DNA of 43,755 nt from Candidatus Competibacterales bacterium (GTDB lineage Bacteria > Pseudomonadota > Gammaproteobacteria > Competibacterales > JAHEDQ01): the NCBI GenBank assembly GCA_041587415.1, contig JBFGYN010000001.1:1-43755 (forward strand), written 5' to 3'. The notes below the pieces were generated by a model. That model was given only the letters and a program-made list of their open reading frames with translations, did no database searches and had not been told where the DNA came from. Positions within the stretch are counted from its first letter, which is position 1; each line of letters starts with the position of its first letter. Below, piece by piece: positions 15,199 to 24,165 of the stretch. Position numbers and translations under genes: made by a program.

Positions 15199-15509
15199 TG
15201 CCAGCACCCGGACCTGACCCGCATGCAGCAGCCCGCAAACTCAGCAAGCAACTTAGCGCGGCAATGGGCATGATTGAAAGTCTTGATGAAGACTTGCAAG
15301 CCGAGCGCAGAGCACGAGAGGCTTTAGCAGAACGGATTCAGACAAGCATTATCGACCCGATGCGTAAGCGCATCGTGGAGCTAGAGCGCGAGCGCGACGA
15401 GGCGCGAAAGATTGCTGTGCAATGGCGAGACGCATTTCGCGATGAAACACAAAGGACCAGGGGCGGACCCGGCGATTGCTATGCATCATTACCCTGGGAG
15501 CAAGACTGA
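15198..15509 (+). CDS. Coiled-coil paralogue 1 (MPAP...LPWEQD)
   Basis: 103-aa ORF containing VELERERDEARKIA. It starts and ends in the conserved junction GGAGCAAGACTRATGCCAG. Confidence 0.65.
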   Translation: MPAPGPDPHAAARKLSKQLSAAMGMIESLDEDLQAERRAREALAERIQTSIIDPMRKRIVELERERDEARKIAVQWRDAFRDETQRTRGGPGDCYASLPWEQD

Positions 15510-15757
15510 TGCCAGCCCCCGAATATGATCCAATGGCGCTTGCAATGGTAATCAAAAACCAAAGCAAGCGAATCAACGAACTAAATAGCGAAATTGAGCA
15601 CCTTCGAAAATCTCTATTACGTCGCGAAGGCGAAATCGTAGATTTAGAAAAGCGCATCGCCGAGCTAGAAGCAGAGAACGCAGAACTCAGGAAGCGAACA
15701 ACCTGCACCTTTACGGTGAGCGTACGCGAACCGTTTTCGTTACCGGAGGAAGACTGA
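15509..15757 (+). CDS. Coiled-coil paralogue 2 (MPAP...LPEED)
   Basis: ATG 15509 lies in a TGATG junction. The protein contains IAELEAENAELRKR. Confidence 0.65.
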   Translation: MPAPEYDPMALAMVIKNQSKRINELNSEIEHLRKSLLRREGEIVDLEKRIAELEAENAELRKRTTCTFTVSVREPFSLPEED

Positions 15758-16227
15758 TGCCAGTTAAACGCATCGACTGTGACCACGGCCAATTGCGCCG
15801 GCAGTGCCCCATCTGCGAGCGCGACGACCGCATCGCCGAGCTAGAGGCAAGCGTTGCTGTCCAAGACACAATCATCGCCGGCCTGAAGCGAGAGCGCGAC
15901 GAGCTAAAAGCGCTGGCGATGCATGAAACGGATGTTGCTCGTGCAGAAGTACAAGCACGCGCAGCGCAATTCGCACAACACAAACTAATGCGACAAACGC
16001 TACAAGCCATTGGCGAAACTGTGCTTTGCCCTGGAAATTGGCATCCGACAGAACCAGTGGCCTGTCGCGGAATGGTTGCAGCGGTGCGTGAGTTGGAACG
16101 CGAGCGCGACCAGGAGCGAGCTTGGCGCGAGGAGTTATTGAGTACAACGGTGCCGTCGCTTGAACGGCGAGTTCGTGAGCGTGACCAACGCATCACCGAG
16201 CTAGTGCGCGAACGCGACGAGGCGTGA
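15757..16227 (+). CDS. Coiled-coil paralogue 3 with an N-terminal CxxxxxxxxCxxC motif
   Basis: 156-aa ORF reading MPVKRIDCDHGQLRRQCPICE...IAELEA...RELERERDQ...LVRERDEA, then TGA. Confidence 0.65.
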   Translation: MPVKRIDCDHGQLRRQCPICERDDRIAELEASVAVQDTIIAGLKRERDELKALAMHETDVARAEVQARAAQFAQHKLMRQTLQAIGETVLCPGNWHPTEPVACRGMVAAVRELERERDQERAWREELLSTTVPSLERRVRERDQRITELVRERDEA

Positions 16228-16350
16228 ACGATTGCAGAAGGCTTACACCGGCAATGTCACGAATGGGTACAAGCCCATTGGCTTAGAAACGGACTACGTG
16301 CGCCTAAAGAAGACGCAGTGTTACCAAAGCTGCCGTGGGAGCAAGGCTGA
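16228..16350 (+). other. 40-codon stop-free in-frame extension after the TGA of 15757..16227
   Basis: The extension reads TIAEGLHRQCHEWVQAHWLRNGLRAPKEDAVLPKLPWEQG and then TGA. It ends in the conserved junction. The stop context gacgaggcgTGAACGATTGC aligns with gacgaggcgCGAAAGATTGC in paralogue 1. Confidence 0.6.
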
Positions 16351-16484
16351 TGTTTGACTTCTGCTACATCCTCGCAGTCGCTGCTTTTTTTCTAGGCTAC
16401 CTTGCTGCGCGGCTGCTAGACTGGTGGGCGGGGGTCGATCTGCCCCCGCAGGTCATCGTTTACACGGTGGAGCACGATGAGTAA
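16350..16484 (+). CDS. Small membrane protein (44 aa)
   Basis: MFDFCYILAVAAFFLGYLAARLLDWWAGV... begins at a TGATG junction. It is too short to appear in the ORF track. Confidence 0.5.
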   Translation: MFDFCYILAVAAFFLGYLAARLLDWWAGVDLPPQVIVYTVEHDE

Positions 16485-16668
16485 GAGCATAGTGGTGGAG
16501 AGAAGGCTGACGTTGAACGTGGACGAGCTGGTGGACGCGGTGCGGGATACCATCAACCTGCCCCTGGAGCACCAGTTCGAGCTGAGGGCTTGCGATGGGC
16601 AACAGGGGTACATGCGAGAAGTGGACACCGTTACCTTCGTGTGGCGAGAGCTGGAGGATTCGAGATGA
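16477..16668 (+). CDS. Hypothetical protein (63 aa)
   Basis: Track ORF that overlaps the upstream gene by 8 nt. Confidence 0.55.
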   Translation: MSKSIVVERRLTLNVDELVDAVRDTINLPLEHQFELRACDGQQGYMREVDTVTFVWRELEDSR

Positions 16669-16847
16669 ATCAAAAGCAGTGGTGGGAGCATGGGCAGCTT
16701 GTGACGTCTATCGACCGGATGCGCGAGGAGGCCGCCGAGGTCAAGCGTAACGAGATGGAGGCGATCTGGGAAAGACTGCGGGAGTTCGAGAAGAGGCTGC
16801 TGACGCTGGAGGGGGGCGAGCCCTTCAGTGATTTAGAGGAAGATTGA
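16665..16847 (+). CDS. Hypothetical coiled-coil protein (60 aa) ending ...DLEED
   Basis: The internal ATG 16665 lies in an ATGA junction. The protein reads MNQKQWWEHGQLVTSIDRMREEAAEVKRNEMEA... Confidence 0.55.
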   Translation: MNQKQWWEHGQLVTSIDRMREEAAEVKRNEMEAIWERLREFEKRLLTLEGGEPFSDLEED

Positions 16848-16853
16848 GCTTCT

Positions 16854-18485
16854 GTGAACCCGGCTCTCGAACGTGCGGAGACGCTGGCTCGCTCTCTACA
16901 AGCGAGTGACATCGCGTCGATTCTCGATGCCACGGGACCGTGGGTGCCGTTGCCCGGTCCGCAGACTGAAGCGTTCGAGTCGAAGGCCGACATCCTCTTC
17001 TACGGTGGTGCTGCAGGCGGGGGTAAAACTGACCTGCTCCTTGGGGTCGCCCTGACTCAGCACTTGCGATCCTGTATCTGGCGGCGAGAAGCCCCGCAGC
17101 TGCAGGCCATCGTGGACCGCATGAATGATTTGACCTCGCGGGACTACTACAACGGCTCCGAGAAGATCTACAGGTTGCCCGACGGCAGGCAGATTGAGTT
17201 GGGCTCGTGTCCGCACATCGGCGACGAGAGCCGGTATCAAGGCCGGCCACACGATCTCAAGGGCTTCGATGAGATCTGCCATTTCGCGGAGTCGCAATTC
17301 CGGTTCCTGATCGGTTGGCTGCGCTCGGTGAAGCCGGGCCAGCGCAAGCGGGTGATCTGCACAGGCAACCCGCCGACCAAGCCCGAAGAGCGGTGGGTTA
17401 TCAAGTTCTGGGGACCGTGGCTCGATAAAGACCACCCGAGGCCCGCGAAGTCGGGTGAGCTGCGCTGGTTCTACACTGACCCGGAGACTGGCGAGGACAA
17501 AGAGCACGAGGACGGGGTGCCGTTTAAACACTCGGCGACGGGTGAAGTTGTTATTCCCATGTCCCGGACCTTCATCCCGTCTCAGGTGGCCGACAATCCG
17601 TTTCTGGAGCGCACCGGATACAAGTCTGTCTTGCAGGGCTTACCCGAGCCCCTGCGCTCGCAGATGCTGCGAGGCGACTTCACTGCGGGGAAAGACGACC
17701 ACGAGTTCCAGGTCATCCCGACGCGCTGGGTCGAGGAGGCGCAGAAACGGTGGAAGCCGCGCGAGGACAAGGGGGCCATGACGGCGGTCGGGGTCGACCC
17801 GAACCGGGGCGGGCGGGACAAGATGGTGATAGCTCGCCGGCACGGCAACTGGTTCGATGAGCTGCTGACCTTCGGCGGTGAGATGGTGCCTGACGGTCCT
17901 GCTGCCGCCGCGCTGGTCGTTCAGCACCTTCGGGGCGGGTGTCCGGTCAATGTGGACATCATCGGATACGGGTCGAGCTGCGTAGACTTTCTGTCGGGGC
18001 TGGGAATCAATGTTGTCGCTATGAATGGCGCAGCATCGACCCAGCTGACTGATAAGACAGGCCGGTTGCGGTTTTACAACCACCGGGCCATGTGGTATTG
18101 GGGGCTGCGGGAGATGCTGGATCCGGCCAACACCGAGCCTATCGCGTTGCCGCCGGACCAGGATCTGCTCATGGACTTGTGCGCGCCCCGGTACCATGTG
18201 CGGACCTCGGGGTCAGGCAACCGGCTGTCGGCGACGATACTGGTCGAGAGCAAAGAAGAGCTGCTCAAGCCGCAACGGTTAGGCCGCAGTCCGGACAGAG
18301 GAGACGCAGTTGTCTACGCATCGGCTGGAATGGAAAACTGGGGAACGTATCCCGCAGGGCAACGGGGTGCCGGCGACCCAGTGGGAGACCCGGGCCGTAC
18401 CGCAGCGCAAAAACACTCGCGCGGCGGCTCCACGCGGTGGAACCAGCCGATCGACTACTCCGACATGGATAAAGGGATCATTTGA
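16854..18485 (+). CDS. terL: Terminase large subunit
   Basis: 543-aa ORF with a GTG start, Walker A FYGGAAGGGKTDLL and Walker B GFDEICHF. The C-terminal VGVDPNRGGRDKMV is an RNase H-like nuclease region. Confidence 0.88.
   Translation: MNPALERAETLARSLQASDIASILDATGPWVPLPGPQTEAFESKADILFYGGAAGGGKTDLLLGVALTQHLRSCIWRREAPQLQAIVDRMNDLTSRDYYNGSEKIYRLPDGRQIELGSCPHIGDESRYQGRPHDLKGFDEICHFAESQFRFLIGWLRSVKPGQRKRVICTGNPPTKPEERWVIKFWGPWLDKDHPRPAKSGELRWFYTDPETGEDKEHEDGVPFKHSATGEVVIPMSRTFIPSQVADNPFLERTGYKSVLQGLPEPLRSQMLRGDFTAGKDDHEFQVIPTRWVEEAQKRWKPREDKGAMTAVGVDPNRGGRDKMVIARRHGNWFDELLTFGGEMVPDGPAAAALVVQHLRGGCPVNVDIIGYGSSCVDFLSGLGINVVAMNGAASTQLTDKTGRLRFYNHRAMWYWGLREMLDPANTEPIALPPDQDLLMDLCAPRYHVRTSGSGNRLSATILVESKEELLKPQRLGRSPDRGDAVVYASAGMENWGTYPAGQRGAGDPVGDPGRTAAQKHSRGGSTRWNQPIDYSDMDKGII
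17522..17529. repeat. GTTTAAAC octamer, copy 9
   Basis: In terL as CCG TTT AAA CAC (P-F-K-H). Confidence 0.95.
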
Positions 18486-20590
18486 TGGCAGTCACTGAGC
18501 AGGATCTGGAAGCCTTGATCGATGACGAGGAAGGCGAAGAGGAGCCGCAGCGAGGGGGACTGACCGACGACGAGATTGCTTCAATTCTGAAGCATGACAT
18601 CGACACCGCGCAGAGCTATCTAGCGCAAGAATCCGCAGACGATCGAGCCGAGGCGCTCGATTACTACATGCAGCGTCCCCGTGGGGATGAGCTGGAAGGC
18701 CGCAGTCAGGTTATCAGCGCCGACGTGGCCGATGTTATCGAGTGGGTGCTCCCCGAGGTGCTGAAAGCGTTCAATGCGCCAGAGTCCACGGTGCAGTTCG
18801 ACCCGGTGGATGACGGAGACGAGGAGCAGGCGAACCTCGAAACAGAAGCAGTCCATCACGTCTTTTATACGAAGAACAACGGCTTTCTGACGCTGTACAC
18901 CTTTGTGAAGGACGCGCTGTTGCTTCGAAACTCGGTCGTTAAGATTTATCAGGATGAAAGCGTCAGAGTTTCACGTGAAACGCACGAGGGTTTAAACGAC
19001 ATCGAATTCGCGATGTTGATGGACCCGGAGGACGGGTCCACGGTGTTGCCTGTTGACTATGAGACTGAGCAGGTGATGGCCCCGGCACCGCCCGAGCTGC
19101 AGATGCAGGGTGTGCGTGAGATTCCGGCCCAGTTGCATAACGTCACCATCAAGCGGGTTAGCTCGAAAGGCCGAGCGCGTACTGAGAATCTCGCGCCGGA
19201 GAACTTTCTGTATGACCCGGGCCATAACAGTCTCAATCTGGACGATGTTCGGTTCTGCGCTCACGAGCGAACGGCGACCGAGGCCGAGCTGATCGCTGAA
19301 GGGTGGCCGCAGAAGGTAGTCAAGGATCTACCGACCTACGTGGATACCGACTGGACTGGCGAAGAGTCGGCTCGCCGACCGTCAGGCACCGATACCACGG
19401 ATTACGACTTGAGCGACTTGGACAAGGCTAATCGTCCGATCCGAGTGTTTGAGTGCTACAAGAAACTGGACGTAGCTGGTGATGGATTCCCCGAGCTGTA
19501 CATGGTGCATGTGGCGGGTGATGGCTCTAACTACAAGATCATTGACAAAGAGCCGGTAGACGAGCATCCGTTCGTAGCGACAACGTGCATCATCATGACG
19601 CACACCTTCGAGGGGGTGTCGTTGTATGACCGGATGAAGCAGATTCAGGACATCAAGACGTCCCTGGTTCGAAACATCCTCGACAACCTGTATTTCCAGA
19701 ATAATCAACGCCACGAAGTCGTGGAAAAGATGGTCAACTTGGACGACATGTTGACCAATCGACCGGGCGGCATCGTCAGGACCAAAGCTCCGGGCATGAT
19801 CAATCCGATCGTGGTCAACCCGACCGGGGCGCAGATCTACCAGTTCCTCGAATACCTGGATGTGGACCGGGGGCGCAAGACGGGGATCTCGCCTGACGAC
19901 ATGAGGCAGAATAATCGGCTGCCCAGTGACACAGCGCATGGCATCGAGCGGTTGATGTCGGCGAAGGAAGAGCTGGTCGGGCTGATTATCCGCGTGATTG
20001 CGGAGACGGGCATCGCGCCCCTGATGATCAAGATCCGCAACCTGCTGGTGCGTTACCAGGATTCCGAGATGCCGCTCAAGATCTCGGGCAAGTGGACGAC
20101 AGTTTCACCGAGAGATTGGCAGGACTCGCGCACGACCACGGTCACTGTGGGGTTGGGCACGGGTGACCGGGCTCGGCAACTGCAGTCCGTGCGCGAGGTG
20201 ATCGCTTTCCAGGCTCAAGTGGCCGCTGGTGGAGGCAAGGGCATCCTGGTCACCGACAAGAACATGTATCGAGCCTTCTGTGACCTTGTTCGGTTCAGTC
20301 AGCTGGGGCAGCCAGAGGACTATTGGCAGGATCCGGACAGTGAAGAGGCGCAGTCGTTCGTGCAGCAACAGCAACAGCTCGCACAAGGTCAGGAGGCACA
20401 AGAGACTCAGTTCGAGCAGATGATCGTGCAGATACAGGCACAGCTAGAGCGTCAGGAACAGATGCTCAGATACAATACGGATATGGCAGAGCTGGCGTTC
20501 AAGTACCGCCAGCTGGCCGAGGATACGGCTAACAAGATGACAGAGCTGGAGGTTGAAAGTCAGCAGGATGTTCCGGAGAGCCGGGTATAA
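18485..20590 (+). CDS. Portal protein
   Basis: An approximately 701-aa ORF lying directly after terL with a TGATG junction. It has an acidic N-terminus and a coiled-coil C-terminus. Size and position are typical of portal proteins. Confidence 0.8.
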   Translation: MAVTEQDLEALIDDEEGEEEPQRGGLTDDEIASILKHDIDTAQSYLAQESADDRAEALDYYMQRPRGDELEGRSQVISADVADVIEWVLPEVLKAFNAPESTVQFDPVDDGDEEQANLETEAVHHVFYTKNNGFLTLYTFVKDALLLRNSVVKIYQDESVRVSRETHEGLNDIEFAMLMDPEDGSTVLPVDYETEQVMAPAPPELQMQGVREIPAQLHNVTIKRVSSKGRARTENLAPENFLYDPGHNSLNLDDVRFCAHERTATEAELIAEGWPQKVVKDLPTYVDTDWTGEESARRPSGTDTTDYDLSDLDKANRPIRVFECYKKLDVAGDGFPELYMVHVAGDGSNYKIIDKEPVDEHPFVATTCIIMTHTFEGVSLYDRMKQIQDIKTSLVRNILDNLYFQNNQRHEVVEKMVNLDDMLTNRPGGIVRTKAPGMINPIVVNPTGAQIYQFLEYLDVDRGRKTGISPDDMRQNNRLPSDTAHGIERLMSAKEELVGLIIRVIAETGIAPLMIKIRNLLVRYQDSEMPLKISGKWTTVSPRDWQDSRTTTVTVGLGTGDRARQLQSVREVIAFQAQVAAGGGKGILVTDKNMYRAFCDLVRFSQLGQPEDYWQDPDSEEAQSFVQQQQQLAQGQEAQETQFEQMIVQIQAQLERQEQMLRYNTDMAELAFKYRQLAEDTANKMTELEVESQQDVPESRV
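18990..18997. repeat. GTTTAAAC octamer, copy 10
   Basis: In the portal gene as GGT TTA AAC (G-L-N). Confidence 0.95.
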
Positions 20591-20615
20591 ACGCTTACAA
20601 CACGGGGAATAACTC

Positions 20616-20828
20616 ATGGCGAAAGATACTGATCGGTTTGATGTGCGAGTTTCGGTGGAAATTACGAAGCTCGCAGTGCGTGACGGGGTGGCAGAGTCGG
20701 TGAAGTTTGTACGCCCTACGGTAGAGTGGAACGGAATGACGCTGGAGCAGGTGGAGCTGCTTGAGGATCTTCTCGGGGAAGGCATGATGCGCCTTCGACA
20801 GAAGACCGGGGGCATGGTCGGCAAGTAG
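20616..20828 (+). CDS. Hypothetical protein (70 aa)
   Basis: Track ORF lying between the portal gene and the large virion-type genes. Confidence 0.5.
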   Translation: MAKDTDRFDVRVSVEITKLAVRDGVAESVKFVRPTVEWNGMTLEQVELLEDLLGEGMMRLRQKTGGMVGK

Positions 20829-20838
20829 TAAGTAGCTC

Positions 20839-22275
20839 GTGCCGCGAGAGTACACATTCAAGGAAGACCCGGGGCCGCTGGTCATAGGCCAGCGGCTCTA
20901 CGGGGCTACTATGGCCGCGCTCAAGGAAGCGGCGGCTCGGGGACAGAAAGCCCCTCTGTGGCCTGATGACGCATCGTCGGAGTCGATGGCCGATTATCAG
21001 GCCCGCCTGCAAGCACAGCGTTTAAACGAAGCCGACGAGTACATGCCGTCGAGCATCTACGCCACCATTCCTACTAATCCGCAGGAGATCTTCTCGACCT
21101 TGGTGCAGACGCTCGGCACCGGGGGCATGGCGAGCACGATTGGTGCAGGAGCCCGGGGGCTGGCTCGCAGTGGCACGATGCGGACGTTTCTGGGGCCGGA
21201 GAGCCAGCTTGCGAATGAGTCTGCACTTTCAGCTGCTAAGCAGTTTGAAGCGGTTGGGGTAGAGCCTCGAAAGATCTGGCAGCAAACGGGCTGGGGACGA
21301 GGACCGGACGGGAATTGGATCAACGAGATTCCGGACACCGGGTTTCGGCTGAAGCCGGAGATTCAGTCTTATCTGGATCAACTACAAGAGGTCGCAGACA
21401 TTCGGCCTTCGCGAGATCGATTCTTGAATCCGCAGGGCGAGCTAAAAGCCCGAGAGTATCTAGATGCGGCCAAAGACTGGCGGCTGACTATGAATGAGGT
21501 TCAAGCAGCACCGCCGGCCGGCTTTCGGTGGGGCATGGATCGAGACGTAGAAGGCGAAGCGCTCAAGGGTGTTGTGCGCGATGCGTTTGAGCATCCGACG
21601 TTGTTCAAGGCGATGCCTGATTTACAGAATGTAAATATCGGGTTTGGGTTCCCTGAATCAACTGCCGAGATGCTGAAAGACAAGGCAACCCGATCTTATG
21701 GGTTCTATAACATGGGTGAAGACAAGATCGGGTTGCTGCGGAAAGTGCTGGATTCAGATCAGCAGTTTAGTTACCTCCCTAGTGCGATTCATGAGTTACA
21801 GCACGCCGCGCAGGCCCGAGGGGGGCGACAGGGGGGAGCAAACTACTCCGCCATGTCGGACGACATGACGCGCCAGCAAGCGATCGACAAGCTTAAAGCT
21901 GCACAGACTATGGGCGGCATCTCACCGCTTCAGGCGAAAGAGTTCAAGCGGCGACTCGATGAGCCAAAGGCCATGTGGAACCTGATACACAAGTTGCCGT
22001 ATTCCGCGCTCAAGGCTGAGCCGGAGGCCATTATGCGGGCTCTGTTCTTGCGCCCGAGGACGGCATACGAGAAGTATCGAGGGGCCAAGGGAGAGCTGGA
22101 AGCCTTTAGCACGGAGCAGCGGCTCCCTATGGGTCCGGATGCCCGAGCCATGTTGCCCCCGTGGGAGATGTCGCTCTACAAGAGATATAACACTACAGAC
22201 GAGTACGGCACGACGCCGCTGAAAGACATCATTTACGGCACACCTTTCGGGGATCCGTTCAAAGGACAAAAATGA
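20839..22275 (+). CDS. Large virion-type protein with a zincin-like HExxH motif; resembles domains of polyvalent proteins
   Basis: 478-aa ORF with a GTG start. It contains SAIHELQHAAQARGGRQGG and a downstream YRGAKGELEAF. It lies between portal and scaffold, where ejected or head-associated proteins are usually encoded. Confidence 0.45.
   Translation: MPREYTFKEDPGPLVIGQRLYGATMAALKEAAARGQKAPLWPDDASSESMADYQARLQAQRLNEADEYMPSSIYATIPTNPQEIFSTLVQTLGTGGMASTIGAGARGLARSGTMRTFLGPESQLANESALSAAKQFEAVGVEPRKIWQQTGWGRGPDGNWINEIPDTGFRLKPEIQSYLDQLQEVADIRPSRDRFLNPQGELKAREYLDAAKDWRLTMNEVQAAPPAGFRWGMDRDVEGEALKGVVRDAFEHPTLFKAMPDLQNVNIGFGFPESTAEMLKDKATRSYGFYNMGEDKIGLLRKVLDSDQQFSYLPSAIHELQHAAQARGGRQGGANYSAMSDDMTRQQAIDKLKAAQTMGGISPLQAKEFKRRLDEPKAMWNLIHKLPYSALKAEPEAIMRALFLRPRTAYEKYRGAKGELEAFSTEQRLPMGPDARAMLPPWEMSLYKRYNTTDEYGTTPLKDIIYGTPFGDPFKGQK
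21020..21027. repeat. GTTTAAAC octamer, copy 11
   Basis: In CDS 20839..22275 as CGT TTA AAC (R-L-N). Confidence 0.95.
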
Positions 22276-23873
22276 TGCCAGCTCGGGATTCTTTACGGTT
22301 CACGCTTACTTTAGCTGATCTTGAGCGGCACGCCGAAGAACAAAAGAAGTTGCAACAGCTGCGAGAGTCTAAGGAAGGGTACTTTGGACCGCAGGCTCTA
22401 CAGTACCCGAACAGTGCCAAGCCCATTGAAAAAGGGGCCATGTATGACGTGGGTCGGGCTCTAGAACGGTTCGATGTGCCTATTGCTAGTGGAGTGGGCC
22501 GGTATCTCCGAGGCATGGCTACCGGCGAGCAGATGGGGCCGGCAGAGTACATTGGGGCAAGCCTCGATCTTCCTGTACCTATAGCCGGTGCGGTTAAGCC
22601 CGTCAGAAAAGCCGCGAGTCGGATAGCAAAGAAGGGTTTGCCCGAGTGGATGAAGACCAAGCCTTTATCCGTAGTACGGGCTACTAATCGGGCAGGGGGA
22701 CATACGGTACATGCGAAGACTGGGAAGAGCCCAGCCGAGGGGTACATGGTGGGCATGTTCCCCGAAAAGTCTGAGGTGGTCGACGCTCCCCTAAAGGCGT
22801 CGCAAGTCGAGTCATTTTTGAGCCGGCATAAAGGGGTGCTGAAAACGGATAAGAACTTCCTCGGTACTTGGAAGGACATGGATACCGGGAAAGTCCACCT
22901 AGATATAGCGAGACGGTACGAAGGGGTACGCCCGGCTTTTTACGCGGCAGATGAGAAAGAGCAGCTAGCGATCTTCGACATCGGTGCGCTAGAAGAGCTG
23001 CGAAGTCCTGAACGGTGGAGAGATTGGGTGCGGGGGGAAGACTTTTCTCGTCGGTTGGAAGAGATGCTGGACCTGGGAGAAAGACACATCAAAGCGACGG
23101 GACACGAGGACGACTGGTGGAATATCTTCGGTAAAGATAACCCGTGGGAGCGAATTTACGGAACGGATACAAGAAAACAACAAGCCGGGTTTCTAGCTGC
23201 CACTGCCCCTAATTCACATTTGAAGCAGAACGTGCAAGCGGCCACCGAGTATTTGCGTCGAGCGATAAAGGGAGAGTCTATCGTTCAACCCGAGTACAGA
23301 TCCCCGATTCGCGGAAACCAGATGCCTATGGAGACTAACCGGGTAGCAAATCTCGGAAAGGTCATGGCGGGTGATCTCGGATCTATGCGGGGTCGAAAAG
23401 TGATGAATGAGGCCGCTGCGATTATGGGAGACCCCAACGCTACGGTTTTCGATACACACTGGTCGAAGCTAGCTGAAAAACCCAGGCAGAATATCTATGT
23501 CGGGCCGGAGGCGAACAAGATCCCAGACCCCCGATACGAGGTGTTGGAGGATGTAGTCAAGCCTTTTGCTCGGGCTAAGGGATACACTCCGAACGAGTTC
23601 GCGGCCAAAGTTTGGACCGGAATCCGGGAGCAGCTCCGAACGGGTGAGTTGTATGGGGAGACCTACAAGAAGACCCGGGGCAGCTCCCTGGGGTACGCGC
23701 ATATTCTCAAGGGGTTGATCACGCGGGAAGCTAAAGAGCGCGGAGTGACGCCGGCAGAGATCGAGAAGATGCTGTCTAAGGGGGACATTAGCTTGTTTCC
23801 AGCGATCATCACGCCGCTGCTTACAGCGGACTTGGGAGGGGCACTGACTGATGACCAAAGCACGGCACCCTAG
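22272..23873 (+). CDS. Large hypothetical virion-type protein
   Basis: 533-aa ORF with an ATGA junction to the upstream gene. I recognised no catalytic motif. Confidence 0.5.
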   Translation: MMPARDSLRFTLTLADLERHAEEQKKLQQLRESKEGYFGPQALQYPNSAKPIEKGAMYDVGRALERFDVPIASGVGRYLRGMATGEQMGPAEYIGASLDLPVPIAGAVKPVRKAASRIAKKGLPEWMKTKPLSVVRATNRAGGHTVHAKTGKSPAEGYMVGMFPEKSEVVDAPLKASQVESFLSRHKGVLKTDKNFLGTWKDMDTGKVHLDIARRYEGVRPAFYAADEKEQLAIFDIGALEELRSPERWRDWVRGEDFSRRLEEMLDLGERHIKATGHEDDWWNIFGKDNPWERIYGTDTRKQQAGFLAATAPNSHLKQNVQAATEYLRRAIKGESIVQPEYRSPIRGNQMPMETNRVANLGKVMAGDLGSMRGRKVMNEAAAIMGDPNATVFDTHWSKLAEKPRQNIYVGPEANKIPDPRYEVLEDVVKPFARAKGYTPNEFAAKVWTGIREQLRTGELYGETYKKTRGSSLGYAHILKGLITREAKERGVTPAEIEKMLSKGDISLFPAIITPLLTADLGGALTDDQSTAP

Positions 23874-24165
23874 CCTTCTGAGCGAGACTGAGATCAACCT
23901 CCGGCGCGAGGAGATCCGCATTGGGAAAGCTGCCGAGCAGCTGCTGGAGAGTGAGATCTTCAAGAAGGTGGCCGGCGAGATTAAAGAAGAAATAGTGTCG
24001 GAATTCTGGGATGCCCCCTTGCGTGATGACGATGGATTGGTGAAACTCCGACTAATGGCCAAAGCGGTTCAAGGGTTTACGGACCGATTGGCGGACAAAG
24101 CGGCGACCGGAAAGCTAGCCGAGAAGCAGCTGGACGACCACCGCGAAGCAGGGGGCTCGGTGTAG
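23851..24165 (+). CDS. Hypothetical helical protein
   Basis: 104-aa ORF that overlaps the upstream gene by 23 nt. Confidence 0.5.
   Translation: MTKARHPSLLSETEINLRREEIRIGKAAEQLLESEIFKKVAGEIKEEIVSEFWDAPLRDDDGLVKLRLMAKAVQGFTDRLADKAATGKLAEKQLDDHREAGGSV

Noticed and set aside
16225-16227. The in-frame TGA could mean the phage or its host reads TGA as a sense codon (alternative genetic code).
   Set aside because: TGA is used as the terminator of many well-delimited genes here, often in ATGA or TGATG coupling junctions. Genome-wide reassignment is therefore not tenable. Only local read-through or a nonsense mutation remains plausible.
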